Assembly (NCBI GenBank): GCA_052279835.1
Contig: CP181291.1
Coordinates: 256,001 to 320,000 of the forward strand
DNA length: 64,000 nt
Direction of reading: 5' to 3'
Origin: Microcoleus sp.
GTDB lineage: Bacteria > Cyanobacteriota > Cyanobacteriia > Cyanobacteriales > Microcoleaceae
In this document: positions 62,328-64,000 of the stretch, piece after piece
Numbering within the stretch: the first letter of the stretch is position 1
How the letters are laid out: each line of letters opens with the position of its first letter
Notes under the pieces: model-generated
Told to the model about the DNA's origin: nothing
Database searches by the model: none
What the model saw: the letters and a program-made list of their open reading frames with translations, nothing else
Made by a program: the position numbers and the translations under genes

Positions 62328-63524
62328 ATGCAAGTCAATAAATCTCATCAGTCTGTAGTTCTCAAAAAAAAGGCAACAAAAAAATTGAAGTTTGGCAAGA
62401 ATAGCGGGTTTAAGACGGAACTAAAACGAAGGGTTGACGCACTTTTTCAAAATCCTGATCGTAAGGCTCGTGATTGTCCGCAAATGTATGCGAAAACCAT
62501 TATCTTGTTGTTTAGCTTTTTCGGATTGTATTCTCTATTAGTTTGGGTAGCTCAGACGTGGTGGCAAGTAATTCCCTTGTGCATTATGCTCGGTGTCGTT
62601 ACCGCAGGCATTGGTTTTGGTATTCAACATGACGGCGGACATCACGCATATTCCGATTCGCTATGGGTTAATAAGCTCATGGCAATGAGTTTAGATTTGA
62701 TTGGCGGCAGTTCTTATCTTTGGCATTGGAAGCACGATGTTCTCCATCATACCTATACCAATATTGCTGGTTATGACATGGATTTGGAGGTGGGAATTTT
62801 TGGGCGACTTTCTCCTTCTCATCCGCACTTAGACTTCCATCGTTGGCAACATTATTATTTGTGGTTGTTGTATGGATTGTTAGCGATTAAGTGGCATTTT
62901 TATGGTGATTTTCATTGTCTGATCACTGGCAAAATTGGCGATCATCCCTATCCACGTCCTAAGTTCAGTAATTTAGTGATCTTGTTTGGTGGCAAACTGG
63001 TATTTTTCGCGCTTGCCTTTGCGATTCCGTTACAATTTCATGGGCTATGGCAAGTTTTAGCAAGCTATGGATTAGTAGCTTTCACCTTGGGAGTAGTGTT
63101 GAGCGTAGTATTTCAATTAGCTCATGTGGTTGAAGAAGCCGATTTTCCATTACCAATTGCCGAGGTGAGTCTCATTGAGAAAGATTGGGCGGTGCATCAG
63201 ATCGAAACAACGGTAAACTTCTCTCGGAATAACCATTTGATGACATGGTTTCTGGGTGGATTGAATTTCCAAATCGAGCATCATTTATTCCCCAATATCT
63301 GCCATGTTAACTATCCTGAAATATCTAAAATCGTGGAGCAGACTTGTCGAGAATATGGAGTGAGATATAACCAACATATTTCTTTTTGGTCAGGATTATC
63401 ATCCCATTATCGTTGGCTACGAAAAATGGGAACTACTTTTAGATTGTTTGAGCCTTTTTCGGCAAGAGCGATCGATAATGGTTCCGATGCCCCAGGCACA
63501 ATCTTAAATGATTGCAGTGAATAA
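62328..63524 (+). CDS. Membrane fatty-acid (acyl-CoA-type) desaturase
   Basis: HDGGH, HDVLHH and QIEHH His boxes. Confidence 0.88.
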   Translation: MQVNKSHQSVVLKKKATKKLKFGKNSGFKTELKRRVDALFQNPDRKARDCPQMYAKTIILLFSFFGLYSLLVWVAQTWWQVIPLCIMLGVVTAGIGFGIQHDGGHHAYSDSLWVNKLMAMSLDLIGGSSYLWHWKHDVLHHTYTNIAGYDMDLEVGIFGRLSPSHPHLDFHRWQHYYLWLLYGLLAIKWHFYGDFHCLITGKIGDHPYPRPKFSNLVILFGGKLVFFALAFAIPLQFHGLWQVLASYGLVAFTLGVVLSVVFQLAHVVEEADFPLPIAEVSLIEKDWAVHQIETTVNFSRNNHLMTWFLGGLNFQIEHHLFPNICHVNYPEISKIVEQTCREYGVRYNQHISFWSGLSSHYRWLRKMGTTFRLFEPFSARAIDNGSDAPGTILNDCSE

Positions 63525-63573
63525 TTTCGTCTGCAACTTTTTTGTCCTTTACTAAGATTTGAGAGTTAAAAAC

Positions 63574-64000
63574 ATGACAGATAATCAATCTAAGAATTTA
63601 TTCCCAATCGAAAAACTTGACGATTTGATTCGTCCTTTTATTGTGCCACCAGAACGAAAAATTTCTCTTGCTAAAGACTACGATCCAGGCTATAAAGCCG
63701 ATCACCTCAAAAAGTCGAAAGCTAAAGGTAAATTAAAGGAAGGTATTGAGGCGTTAGCTGAATATCAGGATGTTCTCTATGCCCAAAATACTCATGCTGT
63801 GCTAATTATCTTTCAGGCTATGGATGCGGCGGGAAAAGATAGTACCATCAAGCACGTTATGTCTGGGATTAATCCTCAAGGATGTCAAGTGCATAGCTTT
63901 AAAGCGCCATCTACGCAAGAGTTAAACCATGACTATTTGTGGCGATGTTCTAAGGCTTTACCCGAAAGAGGACGAATTGGCATTTTTAATCGTTCTTATT
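63574..64000 (+). CDS. ppk2: Polyphosphate kinase 2 family protein (partial)
   Basis: Manual translation gives [31 protein letters not shown] and [10 protein letters not shown]. Confidence 0.92.
   Translation, partial: MTDNQSKNLFPIEKLDDLIRPFIVPPERKISLAKDYDPGYKADHLKKSKAKGKLKEGIEALAEYQDVLYAQNTHAVLIIFQAMDAAGKDSTIKHVMSGINPQGCQVHSFKAPSTQELNHDYLWRCSKALPERGRIGIFNRSY

Overview
Cyanobacterial chromosomal DNA. HIP1 (GCGATCGC) is frequent and REP/MITE-like intergenic repeats are common; the style suggests a filamentous Oscillatoriales/Microcoleus-like genome, but that taxon is an inference. In order, the window holds: a truncated ATPase and a Panacea toxin-antitoxin pair; housekeeping genes (M20 amidohydrolase, GST, an Rsb-type partner-switch module, dps, sulfiredoxin, SpoIID, petF, bvdR-like); an intact tnpB-only IS200/IS605 element and a decayed IS607; a ~24 kb HepA/HepC/Wzc-type polysaccharide cluster; an oxidoreductase block; and a stress/metal block (HPF, baeRF, P-II-like, H+-ATPase, Met/Gly-rich cytochrome c, Cu-ATPase, desaturase, PPK2). 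The standout is an intronless, full-length eukaryotic-type actin (52457-53593, minus strand). By hand count against human beta-actin recalled from memory it is about 89% identical. It has a bacterial Shine-Dalgarno site, and a HIP1 octamer overlaps the codon of catalytic Gln137, which reads Ala. The actin and a DUF4238-like gene each sit between copies of a 41-bp HIP1-bounded direct repeat, like gene cassettes. All assignments come from reading motifs; no database searches were run.
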